Source of the DNA: a virus
Lineage: Duplodnaviria > Caudoviricetes
Reading direction: 5' to 3' (one strand)
Length of the DNA stretch: 45,448 bases
IMG/VR virus record: IMGVR_UViG_3300032320_000175
Span: 1 to 45,448 of that record
The first letter of the stretch is position 1. Every line of letters starts with the position of its first letter. A model generated the notes under the pieces. The model saw only the letters and a list, made by a program, of their open reading frames with translations. It was not told the origin of the DNA and searched no databases. Both the position numbers and the translations under genes were made by a program. Below are positions 24,676-34,664 of the stretch, in pieces.

Positions 24676-27126
24676 ATGGCTGAGAACGAACGCGCCAGCT
24701 TTGGCTTCTTTCCGCAACTGAGGAGGAACCGCACGGTTCAAGACCCAGAGGCGGCAAAGAACGCACCACTGGCGGCGTTGCGTGGGTTTGTGTCGGGGGT
24801 TGCAGGCGCGCCCGGTGATCTTGAGTCCCTCGCCTACATGCCCTACGACTACCTCCGCGCTCCCAAGCCTAGCGAGTTAGTCACAGGCGAGAAGAAGACC
24901 AAGACCTTCTTTCCGACCTCCGAAGAGATCGAGAAGCGAATCCCTTTCCGTGGCGAGTCCCCTGTCGAGAAAGCATTTGCTGGCGCTGGTCAACTTGCTG
25001 GTGGCTTTTACTACGGTGCTGGCTCACCCCTTCGCGTGCTGGCTGAGTCTCCTCAGATTCTTAAGAAGGCAGGGACAGACTTTGCGCGGTCAATTGCGCC
25101 TGTCAATGTGATTAAACCACTAGACGGTAATTGGGTTGTCGAGCCAAAGATGAACAACCTGTACAGTCGTGCTGGTTACAAACCTGATCTAAAAGAAACG
25201 CTGGCTGAGCTTCAAGCGCGATACACGCCAGAGGTAATGGCAAATCTTGATCCTGCTGTTCGTAATCATGTTAGTAGATCAATCAAGGAAACTACAGATG
25301 CGGTCGCCATGGACAAGTGGCTCGACAGCAACATGAAGAATTACATTAAGAACGAGATGGGCACGGTTGACGATCCTATCCGTTTATCAATAGAAAAGCG
25401 CGAAGCTGAAATTTTGGCTAAGTTTGAGAAAGACCAACAGCGTGCACAGCGCATGGCTGGCAGAGCGGAGGCAGAGCCTGACCCGCGCCGAAAAGCTAAC
25501 ATGACACGCCAAGCTCAGCAAATGCTTGATGAAGCAGAGGCAGACAAAGCATTAGCGTTACAGCACACATCTCACTTGCCGCCTGAGATGCAAAACTTTG
25601 AAATTATGTGGACACCAGAAGACTTGGCTAGTGTACGCAAGGCAGAAGGTTTTCCTGAAGAAGGAATTGGCAAGACCAAGGCTTCACAGTTGTGGGAGCA
25701 AATGGCTGACGAATCTATTTATCCAACCAAAGCTCGTGATATCCAAGAGTATCCAGCGCAAATGCAAAAGCGCAGTGAAGCATATGCAAAACTTGCAGAC
25801 TTTGAAGCTAAGGTAGATCAAAAACTTCGGGACAAATTTATAACCGCTGGTGTTGACGAAAGTGTTTTGAACAAATATTTAGAAAACACACTTATTACTG
25901 AAAAAGCAGATGTGGTTGGTGAAGGAGCGAAAGGTCGGAAACTTTTTAACAGTGTTGGCCCACTTCCAAGCAACCAACATTTTCTTGAACACGCAAGCAA
26001 CACTAGTCCATGGATTTCAAAACTCGATCCAAACACAAGCGTTTACTCTGGTGATGTTAGTGGCTTGCACTTTGACCATGTCATTGATGTGATCAAAGAA
26101 GATTTAGCCGCTGGTCGCCTGAAACCTGAAAAGCTCAATACATTGAGCATAGAGCAGGCAGTGCGCAGAACGGCTGACTACGACTTAGAGCTTGCAAAAA
26201 AAATGAATGCTGAGCGTGCATCTTCTCGTGCTAACTTGCCAGTCTACAAAGAGTATCCAGATGAAGGTTTAAAGTGGGTACAGCTCAATCGTCCTAGCGA
26301 CTTTGCCGCAGAGTCAGAAGCTATGGGCCACTCCGTCCGTGGTTACGAGCCACCTGTTGGTCACCCTGATTGGGTCGAGGGTTCTGGTGATACTGGTAGG
26401 TTATCTTATGGCATTGGTGGCTGGGAAGGCATCAAGAGCGGCAAGGCTAAGGTTTACTCTTTGGTTGACTCTAAGGGTCAGCCACATGTCACCATTGAAA
26501 CTGGCAAGAACCAATACGCGCCACGCCATGAGCAAGTGCTTCAATACATGCCAGCGGCAAAACTAGAAGCCCAGAAGTTGCGAAACGGATACTTTGAAAC
26601 AGATGTGTACGATATTGCAGTACGCATGGCAAAAGAGAACGCGCCAGATTTCATTAACCAAATTAAAGGCAAACAGAACGCCAAACCTAAAGACGACTAT
26701 TTGCCATTTGTGCGGGACTTTGTGCGCAGTAACAAATGGGGCGAGGTTAAAGACTTTGACAACACAGGTTTTGATTGGCAAGCAACTGGCCCTAAAGGTA
26801 TATTTGACCCCCAAGATGTCAAGGCTTTAAATGAAGCTGGTTATGAAGTTCCAAGGTTCCTGACTACGCCTGAGAAAGATGACCTTGTGCGCAAGCTGTA
26901 TGAGTTACAGACAGGCAAAGACTATGACACAGGTTTGCCTAAGCAACCGCCAGAAGGCATGAAGCGCGGTGGTGCTGTAACTCTGGAAGACCTAGCAATG
27001 AATTACTATGTCCCAGACTACAACGAAGACGATTACTACGAGATGCCTATGGCACTTATGCCACCCCAACAGCGCATGAGCAAGGGTGGCCTTACACAAT
27101 ACAAGGAGTGCAACTGCCATGGCTGA
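24676..27126 (+). CDS. Large protein with PcfJ-like domain (paralog A)
   Basis: ESEAMGHSVRGY...VYSLVDSKGQPHVTIE...NQIKGKQN; paralogous to the next gene. Confidence 0.7.
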   Translation: MAENERASFGFFPQLRRNRTVQDPEAAKNAPLAALRGFVSGVAGAPGDLESLAYMPYDYLRAPKPSELVTGEKKTKTFFPTSEEIEKRIPFRGESPVEKAFAGAGQLAGGFYYGAGSPLRVLAESPQILKKAGTDFARSIAPVNVIKPLDGNWVVEPKMNNLYSRAGYKPDLKETLAELQARYTPEVMANLDPAVRNHVSRSIKETTDAVAMDKWLDSNMKNYIKNEMGTVDDPIRLSIEKREAEILAKFEKDQQRAQRMAGRAEAEPDPRRKANMTRQAQQMLDEAEADKALALQHTSHLPPEMQNFEIMWTPEDLASVRKAEGFPEEGIGKTKASQLWEQMADESIYPTKARDIQEYPAQMQKRSEAYAKLADFEAKVDQKLRDKFITAGVDESVLNKYLENTLITEKADVVGEGAKGRKLFNSVGPLPSNQHFLEHASNTSPWISKLDPNTSVYSGDVSGLHFDHVIDVIKEDLAAGRLKPEKLNTLSIEQAVRRTADYDLELAKKMNAERASSRANLPVYKEYPDEGLKWVQLNRPSDFAAESEAMGHSVRGYEPPVGHPDWVEGSGDTGRLSYGIGGWEGIKSGKAKVYSLVDSKGQPHVTIETGKNQYAPRHEQVLQYMPAAKLEAQKLRNGYFETDVYDIAVRMAKENAPDFINQIKGKQNAKPKDDYLPFVRDFVRSNKWGEVKDFDNTGFDWQATGPKGIFDPQDVKALNEAGYEVPRFLTTPEKDDLVRKLYELQTGKDYDTGLPKQPPEGMKRGGAVTLEDLAMNYYVPDYNEDDYYEMPMALMPPQQRMSKGGLTQYKECNCHG

Positions 27127-30100
27127 ACAAGACAGAGCATCGTTTGGGGTATTCCCACAGCTAAAACGCAACCGCACAAGGCAAGACCCTGAAGCGGCTA
27201 AGAACATGCCACTCGACTTCTTGCGTGGTCGTGTGGCTGGCACGCTTGGCATGGCTGGTGACATCGAGGGCTTGGCCCGCATGGTCATCCCTAATGTGAG
27301 CAATGAGCCTACCCTGCCTAACACTGAGTATTTCCAACAGCGTCTACCCCTGCGCAATGAAGCGCCAGCATCCCGTGGTGCTGAGAACCTTGGTTCTTTG
27401 TTTGCATCGCCTGCTGTCCTGCGCACAGCCGCCAACGCGCCAAGCATTCTGCGCCGTGCCGCACAGGATTTTGCACTGGCAGGCTCACCAGTCAATGTTA
27501 TCAAACCAAAAGGCGGCAACTGGTTTGACAAGAATTTAAAGCAATCAATTGAAAGCCTTAAAAAAGGTGTAATGACTGAGGATCAACTAGCTGACTTTGC
27601 ATCAAGGCAGAGTCGACCTGTAGTTGACCAGTACATGCAACGCCACAATGCAGATGTTGCAATGAACAATTGGGTAGAAAACACATACCAAAACTATGTG
27701 AAGAACGAAATGGCGACACCCGAGGACAGGGTTCGCAAGATGTTTGACCGCCGCACTGAAGATGTCAACAAGCTAGAAGCAAAGTATGACCAAGACATTG
27801 AGAAACTTAATAAAAAGCTAGAAAAAGCTGAAGAATTACCACCAAGCGCTGAAAACAATCAGCGCATTGCTTACATCAAGCGCGACATTGAGAACAAAAT
27901 TGATCAAAAAGAAATTGATGTCAGCACTGCACGCCAAACAATTGGGCATGACAAGGAGTTAGCCAATGAAGCTAACTATTTGGGCAGTGGAACTAGGTTG
28001 TCTCGTCAGATGGGTGGCTATCCTGAGCTTGGGATGGCTAAATCTGAGGTTGGTAGGGGATGGGAAAATGTTGCCGACAACCTAATTGCAAAGAAAAGAG
28101 CTGGGACTATTGCCCCTAGCCCTGAATACACAAATCGCTACCCATGGTTTGATAAAGTCGACCCAGATACCATGATTTATAAGACTCAGGGTGACTTTAA
28201 CAAGTACACAGGCATGGATCATGTCATGGACATCCTGCGCCAAGACCTGCGTTCTGGTGCTTTAACTCCTGAAAAACTAAGCAAAATTACTGTTGACCAA
28301 GCTATCGAGCGTGCCGCTGACTTTGACCGTGCGGCGGCTAAGAAGATGCGTGAAGCTGTTGTTAAGAACACTGAAGGCTTCCCAGTCCACAAGGAGTACC
28401 CAGAGGGCTATAAGTGGATTGAGCTGGCTCCAATTAAAACATTGCCAGAAGGTTACAGGCTTGAACCCAATAAAGGTTGGAACAAAGGCGATTATCCATA
28501 CAAAGTAATTAACCCTGAAGGTAAAGAGTTGTTTGGCGCTACCAGCGAAGCCAATGCCGCAAAAACTTTAGTAGTTAACACAAAACGCCTTGAAGAAGCT
28601 CTCAAGTATGAAGGCGACACCATGGGCCACTGCGTTGGTGGCTACTGCCCTGATGTTTTGGAAGGTAGGACACGAATCTTTAGCTTGCGCGATAAGCGTG
28701 GTGAGCCTCATGTAACTGTTGAGGTTACGCCAAGACCAATTGACAGTTGGAAAAAATTAAAAGAAGTAGTTGGCCCAGAAAAGGGAGAGCAATTGTTTGG
28801 GGAGTTCAGCCAGTTGCCCGGCATTGATGCTGGAAATGCTATTCAAAAGTTTCAAGAATTTATTTCCAGCAAAGGAATTAAATCTCCTGAAATCATCAAC
28901 CAAATCAAAGGCAAGCAGAACCTGCGTCCTATTGAAAAGTATGACCCTTACACACAAGACTTTGTTAAAAGCGGTAAATTCTCTGATGTCAGAGACTTGG
29001 AAAACACTGGTCTGTTTAAAGCAGACCCTAACGAACTAGGCATGTATTTGCCTAGTGCTGAAGACATCAGAGACTTGCCTATCAAGCGATCTGACTTGTT
29101 CTTGCGTGCTAAACAAGCAGGTTTGTTTCCTGAAGGTCAACAGTATCTAAACCGCAGTGAGTGGGAAGACATCCTGCGCAAGCAATACCTATCTGAGCAA
29201 TCAGCAGAAGCCGCACGCAAAACGCAGATGGGCACGCCACCAACAGAAGGCGACATTAAAGGCTTACTGGATGGCTTAGAGCCAGAGATGGCTCGTGGTG
29301 GCCCTGTGCACTTGAGCAAGGGAACCAAAGCCGCTGAGATCGTGGAAGCCACCGCAGAGGGCATCGCTAACCTGTTTGCTAAGTATTCAGGCAAAGCTCC
29401 CAAAGAAGCTAAAGAAGCCATGCCACTGGTGCTTCCAAGAGCCGCGCCAAAGACCTCGCAAGAGATCAACGAGATAGCTGAGCGAGTAGCACGCCAGATG
29501 ATTGGTGAGCATGTCACGCCACAGGGCAAGACAGTTAACTTAGCAGGACGCTCCAAGAAGGAAGCTGAGCGCGTCAAGCAACTCCAGTTTCAGCTTACGC
29601 CTACGGGCACGGTGGCGCAGGCGAAGGTGAACAATCCGCAGATTGGGGATGTGAATGTGGCGTTCCCGGGCGACCAGACGATTAGCGACACCATCCTCGA
29701 CACCCTCCAAGGCGAGACTATCAACTCCCTCCAGCAAGGCGGCGCTAAGTACGGACTAGGTCAGCGCCACCTGATTGACCCTGAGTTCTGGAAGTCCAAC
29801 ATTGGCCCAGCCCAAGGCATCCAAGGTCGCATCGATGACCTCTACGCCAAGTACATGCCTGAGCGCATGGTGGGTGAGCACCTAGCGATGGGGCCAATGT
29901 CTAACAACTTTGCCATGCACTTTGCGGACGCTAACCTCAAGGCGCTGGACTGGTCAAAGCTCAAGCCAAGAGATGTCGCGATCTTTGACAGCCACATTGC
30001 GGATGGCTATGTGATCAAGAAGAAGAACAAGACGACAGGTGAAGTCACAACTAAGCATGTGAAGTTCCCAGACTGGCCCGGGCTTGCCTCCCCTGACCTC

Positions 30101-31423
30101 GCCTTCGAAGCCATGCAAAAGAACCCAGAAATGCGCAAGTGGTTTAACAACCGCATGAAGACCCCTGACCTCACTCAACCCCTTGGCTTACCCAATGGGC
30201 GTGACATCGAGTACGCGATATCCGAGCCTGCCATCCGCAACCTCGAGATCAACATGACTGGTCTGAACACTGGCATTCTCAAGCCTAACGCGCCTGTCGA
30301 GCCTTTAGGTAATATCCACAACACCTACACCCACCGTATTTTGGGTGAGGCGATTGGCCCTCGTGAGGTGCTGTCACCATTTACCATGTCATACCCTGAC
30401 GCGACTGCACATGTCTTGAGGACTCAAAGCCCTTCTGACTTTACAGGCACGATCCAGAAGGTGTTCCCCCACCAAGTAGTTGACCAACAATACCTAGACG
30501 AGATGGGTAAGTACCAAGATCGAGTCAAACAAATCGTTGGCTACCAAAAAGGTGGCGCGGTCAAGAAGTTTCAAGCTGGTGGCAAAGCTAAGGTAGCTAA
30601 AGAAGCGGTGATGTCATTGGCTGACCTATTCGAGTCTTACTATCCCAAAGCCGCTAAAAAGACTGTCATTGAGACTATTGAAGCGCCAGCCGTTGTAATC
30701 CCTAAAGGGATCAGCAGGGTTAAGGAAGCAGTACGCACAGCCAAAGGTAACTATGGTGCAAAGCGTGTGGAGCGTGCGGCTGACGAGATTGCTAACCTTG
30801 AAAAGATGTACACAGACGAGGCGCTACGCCAAGCATTCTCTGGTGACAACGCTAAAGCCATGATGACCATGAACCCAGCGGACTTTGAGAACTACGCCGC
30901 TCGATTGCATTACAAGAGCAGTGTTGGCCCTAATGCGGCAAAGTTAGCCAGCCAAGGCGACCTTTCAAAACACACAATGTCCACTGAGGACTACCTCAAG
31001 TACCTGCGGACTTTGCCTGAAGGTTTTGATCAAGTGCCCTACCTGCAAATTAGCAAGCAAGAGACTGGCTTGCCTTTAATGCCTTACATCACAGGGCATG
31101 AAGGTCGCCACCGTAGCCGAGCGCTTGCTGGCGCTGGTCAGCAAAAAAGCCTTGTGCAGTTGATGCCAAACTATGAGTTGCGTGAGCCATTGCCTAGACG
31201 CTCACAAGAGGAATACATTGAAGCGCTTAAAGAAGAGATGGCTATGACTGGCAACAAAGTCAAGCCTGAGAAATACTTTGACGACTCTTTGCCTAAAAAC
31301 CTGTTGATTGAGCGCCCACCGATAGACTTGCCTGACTTCTATGCTAAGGGTGGTGCTGTCGAGTACAATCCAAAGGAAATCGACACAATAGCGGCATCGC
31401 TATATGAGGAACTGTATGGCTGA
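27119..31423 (+). CDS. Large polyvalent-type protein: PcfJ-like domain, unknown domain and ParB/Srx-like domain (paralog B)
   Basis: Start ATG 27119 (SD AGGAG); YEGDTMGHCVGGY..IFSLRD..PHVTVEV..QIKGKQN; C-terminal GHEGRHR. Confidence 0.7.
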   Translation: MAEQDRASFGVFPQLKRNRTRQDPEAAKNMPLDFLRGRVAGTLGMAGDIEGLARMVIPNVSNEPTLPNTEYFQQRLPLRNEAPASRGAENLGSLFASPAVLRTAANAPSILRRAAQDFALAGSPVNVIKPKGGNWFDKNLKQSIESLKKGVMTEDQLADFASRQSRPVVDQYMQRHNADVAMNNWVENTYQNYVKNEMATPEDRVRKMFDRRTEDVNKLEAKYDQDIEKLNKKLEKAEELPPSAENNQRIAYIKRDIENKIDQKEIDVSTARQTIGHDKELANEANYLGSGTRLSRQMGGYPELGMAKSEVGRGWENVADNLIAKKRAGTIAPSPEYTNRYPWFDKVDPDTMIYKTQGDFNKYTGMDHVMDILRQDLRSGALTPEKLSKITVDQAIERAADFDRAAAKKMREAVVKNTEGFPVHKEYPEGYKWIELAPIKTLPEGYRLEPNKGWNKGDYPYKVINPEGKELFGATSEANAAKTLVVNTKRLEEALKYEGDTMGHCVGGYCPDVLEGRTRIFSLRDKRGEPHVTVEVTPRPIDSWKKLKEVVGPEKGEQLFGEFSQLPGIDAGNAIQKFQEFISSKGIKSPEIINQIKGKQNLRPIEKYDPYTQDFVKSGKFSDVRDLENTGLFKADPNELGMYLPSAEDIRDLPIKRSDLFLRAKQAGLFPEGQQYLNRSEWEDILRKQYLSEQSAEAARKTQMGTPPTEGDIKGLLDGLEPEMARGGPVHLSKGTKAAEIVEATAEGIANLFAKYSGKAPKEAKEAMPLVLPRAAPKTSQEINEIAERVARQMIGEHVTPQGKTVNLAGRSKKEAERVKQLQFQLTPTGTVAQAKVNNPQIGDVNVAFPGDQTISDTILDTLQGETINSLQQGGAKYGLGQRHLIDPEFWKSNIGPAQGIQGRIDDLYAKYMPERMVGEHLAMGPMSNNFAMHFADANLKALDWSKLKPRDVAIFDSHIADGYVIKKKNKTTGEVTTKHVKFPDWPGLASPDLAFEAMQKNPEMRKWFNNRMKTPDLTQPLGLPNGRDIEYAISEPAIRNLEINMTGLNTGILKPNAPVEPLGNIHNTYTHRILGEAIGPREVLSPFTMSYPDATAHVLRTQSPSDFTGTIQKVFPHQVVDQQYLDEMGKYQDRVKQIVGYQKGGAVKKFQAGGKAKVAKEAVMSLADLFESYYPKAAKKTVIETIEAPAVVIPKGISRVKEAVRTAKGNYGAKRVERAADEIANLEKMYTDEALRQAFSGDNAKAMMTMNPADFENYAARLHYKSSVGPNAAKLASQGDLSKHTMSTEDYLKYLRTLPEGFDQVPYLQISKQETGLPLMPYITGHEGRHRSRALAGAGQQKSLVQLMPNYELREPLPRRSQEEYIEALKEEMAMTGNKVKPEKYFDDSLPKNLLIERPPIDLPDFYAKGGAVEYNPKEIDTIAASLYEELYG

Positions 31424-33899
31424 ACAAAACAAAGACCTAACGATCCCTGAAGATAAAGGCGAAACTGTTGAAGTCGATGAGGACTTTTCAGAGGTAGAAG
31501 ATACCGAAGATGGTGGTGCGATCATTCGTGAGAAAGAGAACAACGAAGACGCACAAAAGAACCAAGCCCACTTTGCAAACATTGTCGACGATGTAGACCA
31601 GTCTATGCTGGTCGAGGCGACTACGGACTTGCTCGAGAAGATCGACAAGGACAAGGAAGCACGAGAGAAGCGGGACAAGCAGTACGAAGAGGGACTGCGT
31701 AGGACAGGTCTGGGCGATGATGCCCCCGGGGGTGCTCAGTTCACAGGCGCAAACAAAGTCGTCCACCCCATGCTTATCGAAGCCTGCGTGGACTTCTCCG
31801 CTCGAGTCATGAAGGAGATTTTCCCTCCAAGTGGCCCAGTCAAAAGCAAGATTCAAGGCGAGAAAAACAAAGAGAAGGTCGACAAGGCAGAGCGCAAAGT
31901 TGCCTTCATGAACTGGCAGACCACTGAGCAAATGACAGAGTTCCGTGGCGAACTCGAGCAACTCAGCACCCAGCTCCCATTAGGTGGTGGTCAGTACCTC
32001 AAGATGATGTGGAACCCACAGCACCGCAGACCAGCGGCTGAGTTCATCCCCATCGACGATGTTTACCTGCCATTTGCCGCGACTAACTTCTACAGCGCTG
32101 AGCGCAAGACCCATGTCCAGTATGTAACCAAGATGGAATACATGCGCAGGGTCAAGTCTGGCATGTACCGCGATGTCGATGTTGGCGTGGCTGATGAGCC
32201 TGAGTACAGCAAGTCAACCCAAGCTAACGACAAGATTGAAGGTCGCAAGGAGTCCTCCTACAACGAGGATGGCCTGCGCACAATCTTTGAGATTTACACC
32301 TACCTAGACTTTGGTGATGGCGATGAGCCTTACATCCTGAGCGTGGACAAGTCAAGTGGGCTGGCGCTGTCGCTGTACCGTAACTGGGAAGCAGACGACG
32401 AGTACCGCAAAGAGCTAGACTGGATTGTGGAGTTTGGGTTCGTGCCATGGCGTGGTGCATACCCGATTGGCCTCACGCACATGATTGGTGGCTTGAGTGG
32501 TGCGGCTACGGGTGCTTTGAGGGCGCTGATGGATAGTGCGCACATTCAGAACATTCCGACACTGCTCAAGCTCAAGGGTGGCCCCGGCGGTCAGACCATC
32601 AACCTCCAGCCCACCGAAGTCGTGGAGATGGAAGGCGGCGCACTCGTGGACGATGTCCGCAAGATTGCCATGCCAATGCCCTTCAACCCACCCTCCGCTG
32701 TGCTCTTCCAGTTGCTTGGCTTCTTGGTGGACGCAGGCAAGGGCGTTGTCCAGACCTCCTTTGAGAAGCTGAGCGACCAGAACCCTAACGCCCCTGTGGG
32801 CACAACCCTCGCCCTCATTGAGCAGGGTATGGTGGTGTTCTCATCTATTCACTCACGCCTACACTCATCGATGGCGCGTGTGTTTAAGATATTGCACCGC
32901 ATCAATTCTGCCTACCTGACAGACGAAGATGTAGAGGCGCTCGAGGCTGGTTTGGATATTGAGCCTTCTGACTTTGATGGCCCAATGGATGTCATCCCTG
33001 TCAGCGATCCAGCGATCTTTAGTGAAGCACAACGATTCGCACAGATTCAGGCGATCATGCAGAGGGCGGCAGTGATGCCTCAGATGTATGACCAGCGTAA
33101 TGTGGAGAAGATGTTCCTGCGCAATCTGAAGATTAGTGCGGATGAGGTGTTGCAGGCGCAACCCGGGTCTGAGGACATCGACCCCGTCAGCGAGAATGTC
33201 GCCGCCACTATGGGTCGCCCAGTCTTTGTGATCCCTAAGCAAGACCACATGGCTCACCTCAAGACCCACCTCGCGTTCTTGAAGTCGCCCCTGTTTGGTA
33301 GCAACCCAGTGATTGCACGGACATTCATGTACCCCATTGCCACGCACCTGCGTGACCACTTGCTGAACTACTACCTTGTAGAAGCTCACAACGCTGTGGA
33401 CATGGCTCAACGCGAAGACTTAATTCAAGAAGATGCAGACGAGCAGGTCGCAGTGATCTTGCAAGTCCAGCAGTTTATTGAACAACAACTTGGTGCGTTT
33501 GGTCAGGAGTTGGCACAGATCGACCAAGTGGCTCAGCAGTTCAAGCCACAGCCACCAATGCCACCAGACAAGTCCATGGAGATTGCGCAGATGAACGCGC
33601 AACTGCAAGGTCAGGCAATGCAACAGCGTGCTCAGATCGATCAGGCGAAACTGCAACTTGAACAGCAGAAACTTCAGATTGAAGCTCAGACAGATGCGCA
33701 GAAGAATCAGGAAGACATGCAGAAGGAGCAGATGCGCCAGATGTCAGAGAACGAACGCTTACTGGTGGAATTGCAAGCCAGAGAGCGCATGAACACTGCG
33801 GACAACGACACAGCGATGAGGCTTGCGGCAACGGAGCTGGCGACTGGGGAGAAGTTTGCGGTGAGTACGGGCACGGGGATTAACCCCGGGGCGCGTTAA
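31416..33899 (+). CDS. Portal protein
   Basis: About 830 aa after terminase; HP.L.EACV.F.AR, LPL.G..Y.K, PVGTTLALIEQG, DVIPVSDP motifs; Q-rich C-terminal barrel. Confidence 0.88.
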   Translation: MAEQNKDLTIPEDKGETVEVDEDFSEVEDTEDGGAIIREKENNEDAQKNQAHFANIVDDVDQSMLVEATTDLLEKIDKDKEAREKRDKQYEEGLRRTGLGDDAPGGAQFTGANKVVHPMLIEACVDFSARVMKEIFPPSGPVKSKIQGEKNKEKVDKAERKVAFMNWQTTEQMTEFRGELEQLSTQLPLGGGQYLKMMWNPQHRRPAAEFIPIDDVYLPFAATNFYSAERKTHVQYVTKMEYMRRVKSGMYRDVDVGVADEPEYSKSTQANDKIEGRKESSYNEDGLRTIFEIYTYLDFGDGDEPYILSVDKSSGLALSLYRNWEADDEYRKELDWIVEFGFVPWRGAYPIGLTHMIGGLSGAATGALRALMDSAHIQNIPTLLKLKGGPGGQTINLQPTEVVEMEGGALVDDVRKIAMPMPFNPPSAVLFQLLGFLVDAGKGVVQTSFEKLSDQNPNAPVGTTLALIEQGMVVFSSIHSRLHSSMARVFKILHRINSAYLTDEDVEALEAGLDIEPSDFDGPMDVIPVSDPAIFSEAQRFAQIQAIMQRAAVMPQMYDQRNVEKMFLRNLKISADEVLQAQPGSEDIDPVSENVAATMGRPVFVIPKQDHMAHLKTHLAFLKSPLFGSNPVIARTFMYPIATHLRDHLLNYYLVEAHNAVDMAQREDLIQEDADEQVAVILQVQQFIEQQLGAFGQELAQIDQVAQQFKPQPPMPPDKSMEIAQMNAQLQGQAMQQRAQIDQAKLQLEQQKLQIEAQTDAQKNQEDMQKEQMRQMSENERLLVELQARERMNTADNDTAMRLAATELATGEKFAVSTGTGINPGAR

Positions 33900-33928
33900 T
33901 TATTTGTAACCCAACTTAGGAGACTCAC

Positions 33929-34066
33929 ATGTCCGATACCCCAAAAACTGGCACAGTTCCCATGACTGGCGCATTCGTCAAACAACACCACCGCATGGCG
34001 GCTGGCGAGAAGCTCAACGGTCAAACCGTTCCTAGCGCACCCTCTACGCCCAAGACTCCAGCGTGA
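33929..34066 (+). CDS. Small hypothetical protein, not in ORF track
   Basis: 45 aa MSDTPKTGTVPMTGAFVKQHHRMAAGEK...; SD AGGAG. Confidence 0.65.
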   Translation: MSDTPKTGTVPMTGAFVKQHHRMAAGEKLNGQTVPSAPSTPKTPA

Positions 34067-34260
34067 ATTTTCCTGAGCAACTGCTCAACCGCCTCAAGTC
34101 CGACCAGCAGAAGTTTGCGCTGGATGCTTTGAAGCGCCCCCAAGAACGCAATACCTTCGAGTACGGGTATCGTGTCGGAGTCGTAGCAGGCTACGAAGCC
34201 GCCGTAAATGTACTGTTATCACTACTTGACGAGGAGAAAAATAGTGACAATGACTTATGA
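34063..34260 (+). CDS. Hypothetical head-module protein
   Basis: FEYGYRVG..AGYE motif; GTGA-coupled. Confidence 0.7.
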   Translation: MNFPEQLLNRLKSDQQKFALDALKRPQERNTFEYGYRVGVVAGYEAAVNVLLSLLDEEKNSDNDL

Positions 34261-34651
34261 GAACGCACTGGCAGAGGCTTTTCCAGCAGTAGAAGCTGGC
34301 ATTCAGCCTTTTGGAAGCCGTGTTCTGATCCAAATCCGTACCCCTATGCAAAAGTCAGCAGGTGGCATCATCATCGACACAGGTTCTCGTGACACTGAAA
34401 AGTGGAACACACAGGTTGGAAAGGTCATCGCAATTGGCCCCCTCGCCTTTAAGAACCGAGACACGATGGCAAGTTGGCCTGAAGGTGCATGGTGCAATGA
34501 CGGAGATTTTGTTCGTGTCGCAAAGTATGGCGGTGACCGCTGGGAAGTAGAACTACCCACTGGTGAAAAAGCCTTATTTGTTATTTTTAATGATTTGGAC
34601 ATTATTGGTCGCGTTCAAGGCGATCCACTAGCTGTTCGAGCATTCATCTGA
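34250..34651 (+). CDS. groES: GroES-like co-chaperonin
   Basis: QPFGSRVLIQ, KSAGGIII, GKVIAIGP, GDFV...KYGG, IFNDLDIIG; start 34244 (GTG) or 34250. Confidence 0.88.
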   Translation: MTYENALAEAFPAVEAGIQPFGSRVLIQIRTPMQKSAGGIIIDTGSRDTEKWNTQVGKVIAIGPLAFKNRDTMASWPEGAWCNDGDFVRVAKYGGDRWEVELPTGEKALFVIFNDLDIIGRVQGDPLAVRAFI

Positions 34652-34664
34652 AAGGAGATGATCC

